The notes beneath the pieces were generated by a model, which searched no databases, was not told the DNA's origin, and saw only the letters and a program-made list of their open reading frames with translations. A program made the translations under genes and the position numbers. From Paraspadella gotoi (lineage: Eukaryota > Animalia > Chaetognatha): a stretch of 64,000 bases of DNA. Below, one piece after another: positions 47,502 through 58,110 of this stretch (its first letter is position 1; each line of letters starts with the position of its first letter). The stretch spans positions 1 through 64,000 of the forward strand of contig JBJCIZ010001674.1 of the NCBI GenBank assembly GCA_051294375.1, written 5' to 3'.

Positions 47502-48835
47502 CCCCCCTTCCCACTTGCGAGACGCTTTCTCGTTGTCATCGAGAATGCCGTCGAAGCCGTGTTTCATATCCCAAGTCTCTATTCATCATCTCCCTATGTC
47601 TTATTATATTGGCCCCTGTCCGAGCTCATAAGTCCTCCTCAGGTGTGATGAAAAGAGGCTGTGAGAAGTTGATGTCCACCCATGGGAGGTATTGCTCCAT
47701 TCACCCAGTGGGTCATCCCTGTAGTGTAATGCGATTCAATCTGTAATTTGTTTAGAGAGACATGTAGCTGCCTTCTAAGCTTCGCCAATGGCGTTTAGCT
47801 CGGTTGTATCTGATTTTTTAGGTATTTCTTTGGTGGCATTTGATGGTCGGTTTGCATTTTAAGATCCATCAGTTTTGGGATGATTCTTGATAGGATCTGC
47901 TTGGTTTCTAGTGTTTTTCTTCTTTCTCCAACCCTTTTCCTGATTATGCTGCTGTACTAATTTTGAGATTTGTTTCTACTCTAACGATTTCTTCAAGCTT
48001 GACATTTCATAGTAAGTTTTCTCAGCTTGGTCTTTCTATGGAATGAATTTTTGTTTCAAGCTTTACACTGCGGGGAGAGACTTTTGGTTGTTGCTGTGGG
48101 ACGGTTTCCATTATGTTATTTTTGAATGATAAATGCTGATTCATTGATAAGACTTTGGTCGAGTCTTTCTTCTTTGTAAGTTTCCTTGTTGCTTTGATTG
48201 ATTCTCAAATTTTTGTGTATGTTCAAGGCCAGCTTGGTCAGTTGGTAAATTAGAAATTTCATCTAGGGTATCTGAGAGAGTTTTAATCAAATTTGAAGAA
48301 GTCAGGTAGAACCTGTAGACTTTTGCTTGGGGGTTCCTCAGTTTGTGTTGCATTGTATTGCTATTTGGGGTTCATTCAGTTTTGTGTTGCCATTGTATTG
48401 CTATTTGGGAGTTCATCAGTTTGTGTTGAAACTGTCTTTTTAAATGTTTTGCTTTGTGGTTCTTTAATGTCTTCTGTTTGTATCTTTTGTTCTGCCTATT
48501 ATTACAATATGGGGATTATCTGTTTGTGTTGAAAATTGTCAATGCAAGTGTTTTGGATTGTAAGGCATCTGTTTGTATTTCTGAATCCCTTATGGTTTGG
48601 TTTAGTTGAGTGTTTGTAGCAGGAGAGTTGCTGGCCTTTTTCTTTTCCTAAGTTCAGGTGGCCCAGAGAATATTTCGGCAAATACCTGTTCTATGGTAAG
48701 TTTCTTAGGTGGTATTGCCTGTTTTTGTTCTTCTCCGGTTTGTGGCTAGTTGATCGAGCTCTTTCTTTCTTCCTCTGTGGTCTTTTCTACATCGTTTTTT
48801 AATTCGTTTTTACATCTATCTTTGTCCTCAGTACC

Positions 48836-49471
48836 TTAAGATTTTGAATGGTTTGGTACTTTAAATTGTGCCATGAATAATTCACCTGCTAAACGTCTTT
48901 CCTCTTTATTCTTTTCTTCTATCCTTTTTTCTTCTTCCTTTCTTTTTTCTTTTTCTTCTTTTATTTTCTTTTCTCGGGATAAACGATCAAATTCAGCTTT
49001 AAAAATGATGCCATCTTCAATATCATAGCACCTTATGTACAAATCATAGTTTTTTTCTGGCCTGATCAAATAACATGTTTTCACAGTTGAGGAGTTCGTC
49101 TTAGATTGAATGGGTACAATATCCATTTGCCAAGGTTTGGTTTGTGATTCTATTTGAAGATCATAGGAGGTGCTTGGGCTTCTAAATGAAAGACGGGCCT
49201 CATGAGTTAAGTTATTTTGAAATAGTTTTACTACTCCAATGTGCGGTCTATCGAACGTTGAGGGGGCTGAAAAGTACTTATAGTAGAGATCGCATTTCTT
49301 AAAAATTATTTCATCTTCATTGCTTATTGGCGCGGGAATAGAGTAGGGTGGTGGGTGAGAAATGAGCTTAGAAGCTGCATTTTCAAATTGACTTTTCATT
49401 TGGTCCGGATTGGCCATTGTTTGGCCGTTGCAGGTTCTTTTCTGGTACCGGTTTTTTATGTGTAGGAGCAT
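48836..49471 (-). CDS. Gypsy accessory ORF with a RanBP1-type (PH-like superfamily) domain and coiled coil; probably continues through frameshifts to about 47745
   Basis: NEDEIIF...LYY...IGVVKLF...EARLSFR...LYIRC.DIED...FKAEF parallels RanBD landmarks EDE.LF...KL(F/Y)...G.VKLL...RL.MR...LAIRF.N.E.A..FK..F (recognised by eye). Confidence 0.55.
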   Translation of the reverse strand: MLLHIKNRYQKRTCNGQTMANPDQMKSQFENAASKLISHPPPYSIPAPISNEDEIIFKKCDLYYKYFSAPSTFDRPHIGVVKLFQNNLTHEARLSFRSPSTSYDLQIESQTKPWQMDIVPIQSKTNSSTVKTCYLIRPEKNYDLYIRCYDIEDGIIFKAEFDRLSREKKIKEEKEKRKEEEKRIEEKNKEERRLAGELFMAQFKVPNHSKS

Positions 49472-50274
49472 TTCTTGGCTGGGATTTCAAAGGGAGAGAG
49501 ATAGAGACAGAGGGAGGTTTTGTTGTTGTTGTTGTTGCGACTTCGGCGTGGGCTTCTTTTTATTTTGAATAGGATTAACAGGGAGCGATCGAGTTTGTCT
49601 TTTGTGTTTGGGGGCAATGCTGGGTCACGTGACGACGCGGCTCAGAGAGAAAAACACATGGTCATTGGGAAAGTCCGGTAGGCTATCTTTTGTTAAGTTT
49701 GGCGTCATTTTTTTTTACAGGGGGGGCGGCCGTTGGAATTTTAAACTTCTATTTTTACTAGTCTGGGAATATAGAATTGTTCATATATGAGCATTAAATG
49801 TTGAAGAAATTTTTTTTTTTGGTTTTTTTTTTTTAGCTTAAATTTAATTTTCCTGGAGATATTCTTTTTTTGAGAGATTGAGGTTTTCTTCTTTTCTTTT
49901 TTTTTTTTTGCACTCAGGCTACATTTAAACGCACTCCTAAATTCGCAAAATGGGTATTGTTTTTAAATTTTCAGTCTTGATTTTATTCTTTATAATATCG
50001 TTTTTTGTGGTTCGTTTTTGTTGGTTAAATCTTTTTTATTTTTTTTTATTTTATTTTTTTTTAAATTTATTTTTATATAAATGACGCAATGCAAGCTAAA
50101 AGATTGCGACATATATTTTTTTTGAGTAGTCAATTCGGGAGGTTTATGTAGGATGACGTAATTCTTTTTGGTAGGGTAGCGTTTTTTTGTTTTTTTTTTT
50201 GATGGAGGGTAGCGTAATTTTGGTAGAGTGGTCTTCTTAGGAGGCGTGGTGAGTCTAATCCAGTCCTGTCACCA

Positions 50275-50595
50275 CAATGAAGGAAGTAGGCGTGGTTTAT
50301 TAAGGGAGAAATAGGAGGAGTTTTATTGACATAAGAACACTTTGGGATGATGATAATTAACATACAAAATATGTAGATTATGCAGAGAAATCGCAGGCAA
50401 TAAACAATATAACAAATATTCTATAAGGAGTTTGATGTTAGTTTCTTGAAGGTAAGTTGAAGAGTGATCCAGTTCCCTCTCTCGTTTCTCTGCCGTCGGT
50501 TTTCTGAGGGCAGCCTCCTCTCTGATTGGTCAATCAGAATAAAAGACGAAGAAGCCAAGAGAGACAAGCCACTTGATAATCCATTCTTTGCGTTG
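50275..50595 (-). repeat. Internal LTR-derived repeat lacking 5 nt at each end, followed by PBS-like TGGTGACAGGACTGG
   Basis: Direct repeat of 47168-47496; no upstream PPT. Confidence 0.8.
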
Positions 50596-50759
50596 GTATT
50601 ACTGTATGTTTTAATAATAATATTTTGATAATATGCTTCTATTAAACAATCTAAAACGATTTGGTATTTATTCAAAAAAATACAAAAATTCGAATAGTAA
50701 GCAATTGTAACGAAATACAATAAAGTTTTTAGTGAGAATAAGAAACTAAAGTTCATAAT

Positions 50760-53700
50760 TCCACGTTGACGATATCGTGTCTCGGCGAAAATAAGATGAA
50801 TTGCATCAACGGCGGCCCCGGCATTTGCAGAAGCAGACCGGCGAGCAGCCAAACGGGTAAGAGGCGGTCCGCAGGCGGGCATTGCGCAGCGGTCCAGCGT
50901 TCTCATCTTGTCTACCAATTTGATGGGGCACTCTCGGGATAGGCTTGAACGAATGAGATGATCTCCAGAGAATACTCTGAATTCTCCAGAGACTAGAGAA
51001 TGGCACTTGAATGAATTCGTTGCTATTTTTGGAACAATTTCCCACGCATCTTGATCCACATTCCTTTGAATTTTTCTCGGAGAAACAGGGAAAAATGTAG
51101 TTCGCTTCTTCATGACTAGATCTCCAATCTTTAGATGCGATGTGATATCTCTCGGATTTTCGCGTTTCCGGCGTTGAAGGAACCGGTTCACATCATGGCG
51201 CAAAATGTCATTCTGAAGTTTTCTCCTTGCTTCCAACGCTTCTCTCACGCTTTTTGCCGGCGCCGTCACGCCGCTAGAGGATAGCTCTCCGTCCCGGTCC
51301 AACAGATTAGCCGATGAATGGGAAAAATGTACGTCAGAGGGACTTTTTTCCAGATAGAATATTGTACAAGTTGAATTGTAAACTACTCTAGCTTCGCCGA
51401 CGATGAGAATGAAATGAAGATGAGGTTCATGTTCTTGCAATTGCAGCATTATTCTCGTAATTGAATTGATGAATCTCTCTACTTTAGACTGACATCTTGA
51501 CACATTTGCCAATCCATGTATCAACTCCACTCCATGTTGACTAAGGATATTGGCTGGGAGTGTTTGATTTACAAGAGCATTGTCAGCATGGATGCGACGA
51601 GGTAAACCACTCCATTCTGTCTTATCTCTTCATTAGACAATCCACACTTCTTTGTCTTGTCGTAGATTTTGTAGGATATGCCCATGCATATCTGGAGAAG
51701 AGGTCCACAGCACAAAAAAATGTACGGAAAATGCAGCATCATTGTGGAAGGGTCCTGCAAAGTCAATTGCAACGGAGTTTCCTGGCTCCATGGGTGTCTG
51801 CATCCCTCCTTCATCTCTGGAACCTTTTTGGTGATTGTTCTGAAGGCAAATTGCACAATTTCTGATGTATGTAGAAATCTTCTCTCTCATTTCCATGAAT
51901 GTAGTAACTTTTTCCAAAGTTTTTAAGGTTCGATTCACTCCAGCATGAGTTGCTGCAGGATCACGATCACCAACAACACATGATTAGAACCTTGATTGAC
52001 CGCAGCAAATTTTGTTTCATGAGTCTTACTCAAAAGACGATGAAATTCCATCTCAGACACAACAAGGAGAAACTTGATTCCTCCATCAGGGGCTGTCCAC
52101 AAGCGCAGTAGCACTCCCTGTATACTGATGATGAAGAGACTGCGGTGACGAAGAATGCCAAAGTCCCCATAGATAAAGCAAAGCTTCATGTTATCTGGTA
52201 ACTTCCTCTTTTCCTTCAAATAATCATTTTTTCACTCACATCAGGCGCCTGTTGCATTTCCAAGATTTTCTGGAGAACTTTGTCTGCAAAAACTGGAACT
52301 TCCTTGGCTTTAATTGGCTCATCCACAACTTCGTCAACTTCCTCAGTGTGGCCTGAAGCTACATCTTTATCTGAGAGTTGAACAATTGAGACTGTCCAAG
52401 GGGCAAGAAGACCTTTCCACTTCTTGATTTCATCACGCTTTCTGCGACGCCTTGTCACTCTACTGTGAGTAGCACCAATTGAAGAGATGGAATAGCTCCT
52501 TTTGTCTAATTCCTTCTCTATTAGACTGTCCGGATCCCAGTCATTTGATGAACACTCTACTTTGTCACCGACTGCCGACGGAGGGTGTGCCGGATCAGTG
52601 GAATCATTTGCCGGAAAATGCGTCCACTCAGTGTCATCCATATCCGGAGTCGGGTCCCGGCTGGACATTTCAATGTGGGAGATATTAAGCTTAGACATAG
52701 TAGTCCTCTTCTGCTTTCAAAAAATTGAGATAATTCATCTGAAATACTTTTATTCAGAAGTGATTCAGCGAACTTTTTCTCCTTTACCATTCAGAATCCT
52801 GCCTTGGAAGAAATCTTCTGTCATAAGTACCATCTCCTCCATCATTTTCTTCCCATCTGCTCACAACATCAGCTGGATTTGCTCTAGATTCAATAAAAAG
52901 AATCTTGAAGTCAAAACTCTGAAGATAGATGATTCTTCTCACAAATGCATCATCGACTTTGTCCAGGTTAGCCCATCTTCTCAACACTTGACTATCAGTA
53001 TAATGTAGAATGGTCTCGCAGTGAAAAGTAGCTAAATCTTTGAACTGTTTCATAAAGAGCCAAAAACTCTTTATAAAACGTTGGCAAACTTCTTTTTGCG
53101 GGAACCAAAGTCTTTGAATAACATTGGACAATGTAGAGTTGCCTCTTGTCTCCATCAGCGCCTGCTGCAATCTCTGCTGAAGTTGGAAAAAGTTTTTGCA
53201 GAATCACAGATCCAATGGCATGCTGAGAGCCATCTGTGAGCACAATCAGCTCATCTTCAAGCTTGGTTGAGGGAACTCTCACCCTCCCAAGCTTTTCATC
53301 CAGAAGTACACTTTTTGCTTTTTCAAATGCTGTTTGTGGATTTCCAGTGGCTTTGAACTTTGTCTTTCCTTTTGCTAAATCACGCAATGGCCCAAGTGCT
53401 TCACTCAGCTTAGGGTTGCAAGCTAGGAACCAAGAGAAAAAGCAAGCTTAGAAATAAGGTCCTTCCTTGAGTCAGGAAAGGTGAGTTTAGCAATCTTCTC
53501 AATCTTCTCCCCTGACATTCCTTTTGCTCCTTCTGAGACTTCATGCCCGAGAATCCTCAGTTTGTCCACTCCAATGTCACTCTTCTTGGCAGACAAAAGC
53601 AGGTTATAGGTTGAGCAAATAGCTAAGGTCAGAGGTAGATCTGCATCCAGATGTTGCTTCATGTTCTTGGAGTAGGTAGATGTGTCATCAATGAAGGGCT

Positions 53701-55300
53701 TGCATCTTTTGTGAATGTCAAAAACATTCTCCACCCATTGTTGAGCATACCCAGGACCAACACTGCCATCCCCATTGGACATCTGAGGTATCTGAAGAAC
53801 TTTACCAGAACAAAAAATCCAGTGAACTTTTTAGATGAATCTTCATCTATCAACAGTTGATGATAGAATCCGGCAGCATCCAAGTTGGAGAAAACTGTGT
53901 AATCACCACTGGCAATTTCCCTCCTGAACTCTTCCATTTCAGGTAGTGGGAAGTGATGAGGCATCAGAGCTTGATTCATTTTTCTGTAATCAACCACCAT
54001 TCTGCTCTTGGTGACCTCTCTCTTCTCTGTAGCAACATATCTGCTCTCCAGAATAATGTGAATGTTTGACAACCAACTATCATCTGAATTTGTCATCTCA
54101 GTAATGACTCCTTGTTTGAGAAGCTTGTCAATCTGCTGCTTGATAAAGGGGATCTTTGCGTAAGAGTGTTTTCTCACTTTGTCCTTCATGGGAATGTCTG
54201 TTGAAGATTTGAGTTTGATTGATTCATTCTCACTCCAGTGAGTTTCAGGTTTGAATAATTTTCATAATTTGAACTGCTTCAGAAATGCTTTTTTGTCCTC
54301 CCAATTGTGCAAGTTGCTCCTTTTTGTCCCTCTTTTCACATCAACATCAATCTTCAAGAAATCATCTTTCACGAAATTTGCCTTGCTTGATAGATCAAAA
54401 TTGACTCCACGATTATGCATGTTAGTTAGCATGTCATGGAAGAAAATGGAACAGCTTGATTTTTCTCATTGACATAAGAAACAGAGGTTTCCTCTTGAAG
54501 GTCAGCCAAATCCTCACCAGAGACTATGTGAAATACAGTAGACTCTGAATCCAACGGCTCTTTTTCTTCATGTTGAACCACCTCACCCAAAATTTTTCAT
54601 TTCTCCTGAACAATTTCTTCTTTTGTTTCATTGATTTTGTAAGTCTTTTGAATTTCCACAAAACTGATACCCGGAATCATCATTTTGTCAGTAGGCTCAG
54701 CATAGAACGACAAAAATGAATGCTTTCCCTGTTGATTTCCGGTCTTGTAAGCTTCCACCCATGTGATGCTTCTTGGATGAATGTGTTGTTTCCTGGTACA
54801 ACGCATAAGTGTTGAACGCCTGAATCTCCAAGCAATTTGACGATATGCTTTAGTGCCCATTTCCACTCTCCTGTCATGTTCATGACTTGCATCATAAGTT
54901 GATCTCTTCACATGGTATACATAATCTCCAACAAAGTACCTCAAATTCTCTGTGTTGAAGGAGTTAGGTATCCTCTGATCATTGAAGACGTTGCTGCCCA
55001 AGATCACATAAGTTGAACTTATGGGAGCCAGATGAAGTTCCACAGAAAGGTTTCCAGGAAAAAATGTAGATTTGCTTTGACTTTCTTTGTGATATGTTTT
55101 CTTTCAGTGCCCGAGAAGCCTGCAACATCAATAGGCGACATCAAGTCTTCCTCCAGCAACTTTGCATCCCTGACCAACTTCTCTGGATGATGCTGATGTC
55201 AGCCCATATCGATGATGCAATCCACTTGTAGGCATTCACTGAAGCAAGTCTATTCTCTCCACCAACATAAGTAGCAAGAATGCTGTCCAATAAAGTTGAA
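50760..55300 (-). pseudogene. pol: Ty3/Gypsy pol (RT, RNase H, integrase), multiply frameshifted (mutation or sequencing error), 5' truncated
   Basis: RMVVDYRKMN, FSNLDAAGFYHQL, CPMG and FIDD (RT); LTDGSQHAIGSVILQ, YTDS and NPADVVSR (RNase H); CAIC and VAIDFAGP (integrase); order RT-RH-IN. Confidence 0.92.
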
Positions 55301-56304
55301 CTAATATTTTTAACGGTTAACCATTAAGATCGGTTAATTNNNNNNNNNNTTTGAACGCTCTAATGACCACTAGGTACCGGAGTCAATCCCAACCCGGTAC
55401 CTACCCTGCGGGAAGCGTGAGGACGGTCGTAAGCCGCCTTGGGGGTGTGGTAAAACCTCAAACCTGGTTCCATGGCTGCTAGAGGGGGTTATAGAAGTTA
55501 CGGATAGTCATCTTCAGCCCACTTAGCTCCTTATCCACAAACAAAGCGTTGTGAACCCATGAAACCTGGTGAGTGATCAGCTACTTTCTTTCACCCTTTC
55601 TTTCCAAGGCATGTCGATTTTTCCTTAATCTGAGCATGCTTGTTTTCCCCAACCGCTCTGTCATCCCTGACTGCCCTGCCTACCTTGCTTCGCCGATACC
55701 TCCTTCCTTTCCCGGTTTCTTATGTTTTTCGAAAAAAAAAACCGACGGTAAACATCGGAACTCTTGGTTCTTTTTTCGTTTTTTTTTGGCGAGTAAAGAC
55801 TGAAGACCAAAGCACTGGGTCACTGAAAACAGCGTATGGGAGAGAAAGATTAGAAGAAAATAAATGAGGTTTAAGTACGAGGTTAGGTTGAAGAGATCAA
55901 AGAAAGAATAATATTCTTTGAGTCTTATTGTCTTGAAATATTCCTGTTTCAACCCCTCAGTTATTGAAGGAAGTAAGCATATAACTTTTTAACAATATAT
56001 TTACTTTGTAATTACTCCTTGTTTGACCAGATTGTTCTGCATATGTACTCGATCAATAAATACGCAATAAATACGTAAAAATTATCAGAGACAACTGCTA
56101 AAACGGAGGCAATTAGGATAGTATTAATTTGTGTTTGAAAAAAAAATATATGAGTAAATTGTCTATCTGTAGAATCGAACCCAAGTATTTTGATCCACAA
56201 TTGATCCTGACGCCTCGACGCCAATTCGGATCGATATTTACTGTTTGTTTGAACTTTTATTTATATTTAAAATTAAGTTATTAAATTATTTAAATTATAA
56301 TAAA

Positions 56305-56375
56305 AACGTCGCGACCTGGTCTCGAACTCGGGATTTCCAATCCACTCGTCATGTCTTAACCAGAGTCGCCACTGA
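56305..56375 (-). mobile_element. tRNA-derived SINE-like head (Pol III A and B boxes)
   Basis: Minus strand TGGCGACTCTGGTT...GAGTTCGAGACC with tRNA-like spacing; no complete cloverleaf. Confidence 0.4.
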
Positions 56376-57077
56376 AATAGTTAACTCTGTTTCTTTCAAA
56401 TCTTGCTTATAACATTTCCTTATAATAATAGAATTGATCTTTTGTTATCAATTAACAAAGGAACACTGTCAAATATCAATAAGCAGCTGATTCCATTTTA
56501 TATTATTTTTCTTTGTTATTCCAGTTAAAGTCTGGAAACCATTTTGAATTTTTCAGAGGAAATTAACTGCATTTACATCCACTATTAATTTCTCTTCGAT
56601 TCGTTATTATTTAATTACTGTCAATTAATTAATTGTTTTATTATTGTTTACATATAGCTATTTGAATTGCTTGATGGCAAAAGCACTTCGAATATCTATA
56701 TGCTTTGATTATTTTATTAAGGTATTGCTTTTAAACGATTAACCAAGCAAGTTGGTTTAGAAACCTTTACTTGACGCCATCAATAACTCTGCCACGTGCG
56801 TCAGCGTCACGCCAGCGTTAACGTCATTTCCGGTTTCAATTAAAAACTCTTCTAATCGAAACTAAAATCAAGTCTACGTCACGTCGAGTCACGCCAACGT
56901 CTCTAACGCCTTCTTACGACGCCGGTAACGACGCCAGCGGCGACGCCAACTTCGCGGCCACGCCACTCTCATTCAAGCGAGCCAATCTCTTCGTTGATTC
57001 GCCTTGACGTTGGATGGCGTTATTCTGCATCAAATTGAATTGATCCTACGCCATCTACATATCTACCTCTCCCTCTC

Positions 57078-57258
57078 ACTTTCACTCATTCATAGCTCTC
57101 TATTGGGGTCCAGTACGTATGTGCCAATGATAAGGAAGATAGTAAAAAGAGATTTAAAAAAAATCTCTCTCTTTCACTCATTCATAGCTCTCTATTTGGG
57201 TCCAGTACGTATGTGCCAATGATAAGGAAGATAGTAAAAAGAGATTAAAAAAAAATCT
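57078..57258. repeat. About 90-bp tandem duplication
   Basis: CTTTCACTCATTCATAGCTCTCTATT...AAAAATCT occurs twice. Confidence 0.85.
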
Positions 57259-57395
57259 TAAAAGTAAAAGGATATCACCAAGGTATAATATCAAAGAAAA
57301 TTAATGAAAAAGTACTATAATCTAATTTGCATATTGCAGTAAATCATAATGAAGTGGAAATTCAAACAAAAAAAATCTTAAAAGCATAAGGATAA

Positions 57396-57590
57396 GCGAT
57401 GGTAACCAATTATTGATGCGATGATAACCAAATATTGATGCGATGATAACCAATAATTGATGCGATGATAACCAAATGATTAATGTGATGATAACAAAAT
57501 GATTGATGTGATGATAACCAAATGATTGATGCGATGATAGTCATTCATTGATGTAATGATAATCATTCATTGACGCGATGAGTCATTCAT
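57396..57590. repeat. 21-bp tandem repeat (GATGATAACCAAATATTGATGC-like), about 9 copies
   Basis: Seen directly. Confidence 0.85.
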
Positions 57591-57620
57591 CGTAAATAAA
57601 ACAAACAAACGAATGTATAA

Positions 57621-57662
<42 letters not shown>

Positions 57663-57988
57663 GAACTTTGTTTCCAAACATAAAACTTATTCTGACTAAA
57701 TCTCAGAATAAATCCACAAAAAATTCGGATGTAAATTTGGGATTTTGTATTGAGAAAAAAGCGCGGAATAAATGGCGATAATAGAAGTTTTTAGAAGGAA
57801 AAAAAAATCAGAATTTTTAGAAAAACACACGATCACGCAAGAGATCGTACAGAGAGAGACAGAGAGAGAGACAGATAGAGAGAAAGAGAGAGAGAGAGAG
57901 AAAGCTGGACAGCCGCTTCAGTGGGACGGACGAACGTACTTATGAACGGACGGACAGACGGACGGACGGACATTGTTTTTTTTGCATA

Positions 57989-58110
57989 ATTATCGAGCCT
58001 ACCGGCGAAGCCGGTTCAGGCTCGATATTGATTCGGGTGAGCTTCTTTGTTACGTCGTCGTCGTCGTCGGCGTCACGCATTTTTATATAAAAACTACTAC
58101 GCTTTTATAG
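57989..58110 (+). mobile_element. Terminus of a HINE/Helentron-like element
   Basis: TTATCGAGCCT-ACCGG-CGAAG-CCGGT-TC-AGGCTCGATA palindrome followed by a (CGT)n run. The other end was not found. Confidence 0.45.

Noticed and set aside
50421-50760. Hydrophobic C-terminal extension of the 369-aa ORF as a membrane protein
   Set aside because: It reads through AT-rich UTR and the LTR-derived repeat after frameshifts; probably accidental.
55424-55440. CGGTCGTAAGCCG as a twister P4/L4
   Set aside because: The loop is one nucleotide short and no matching GA-plus-pseudoknot partner or UAA-P2 was found.
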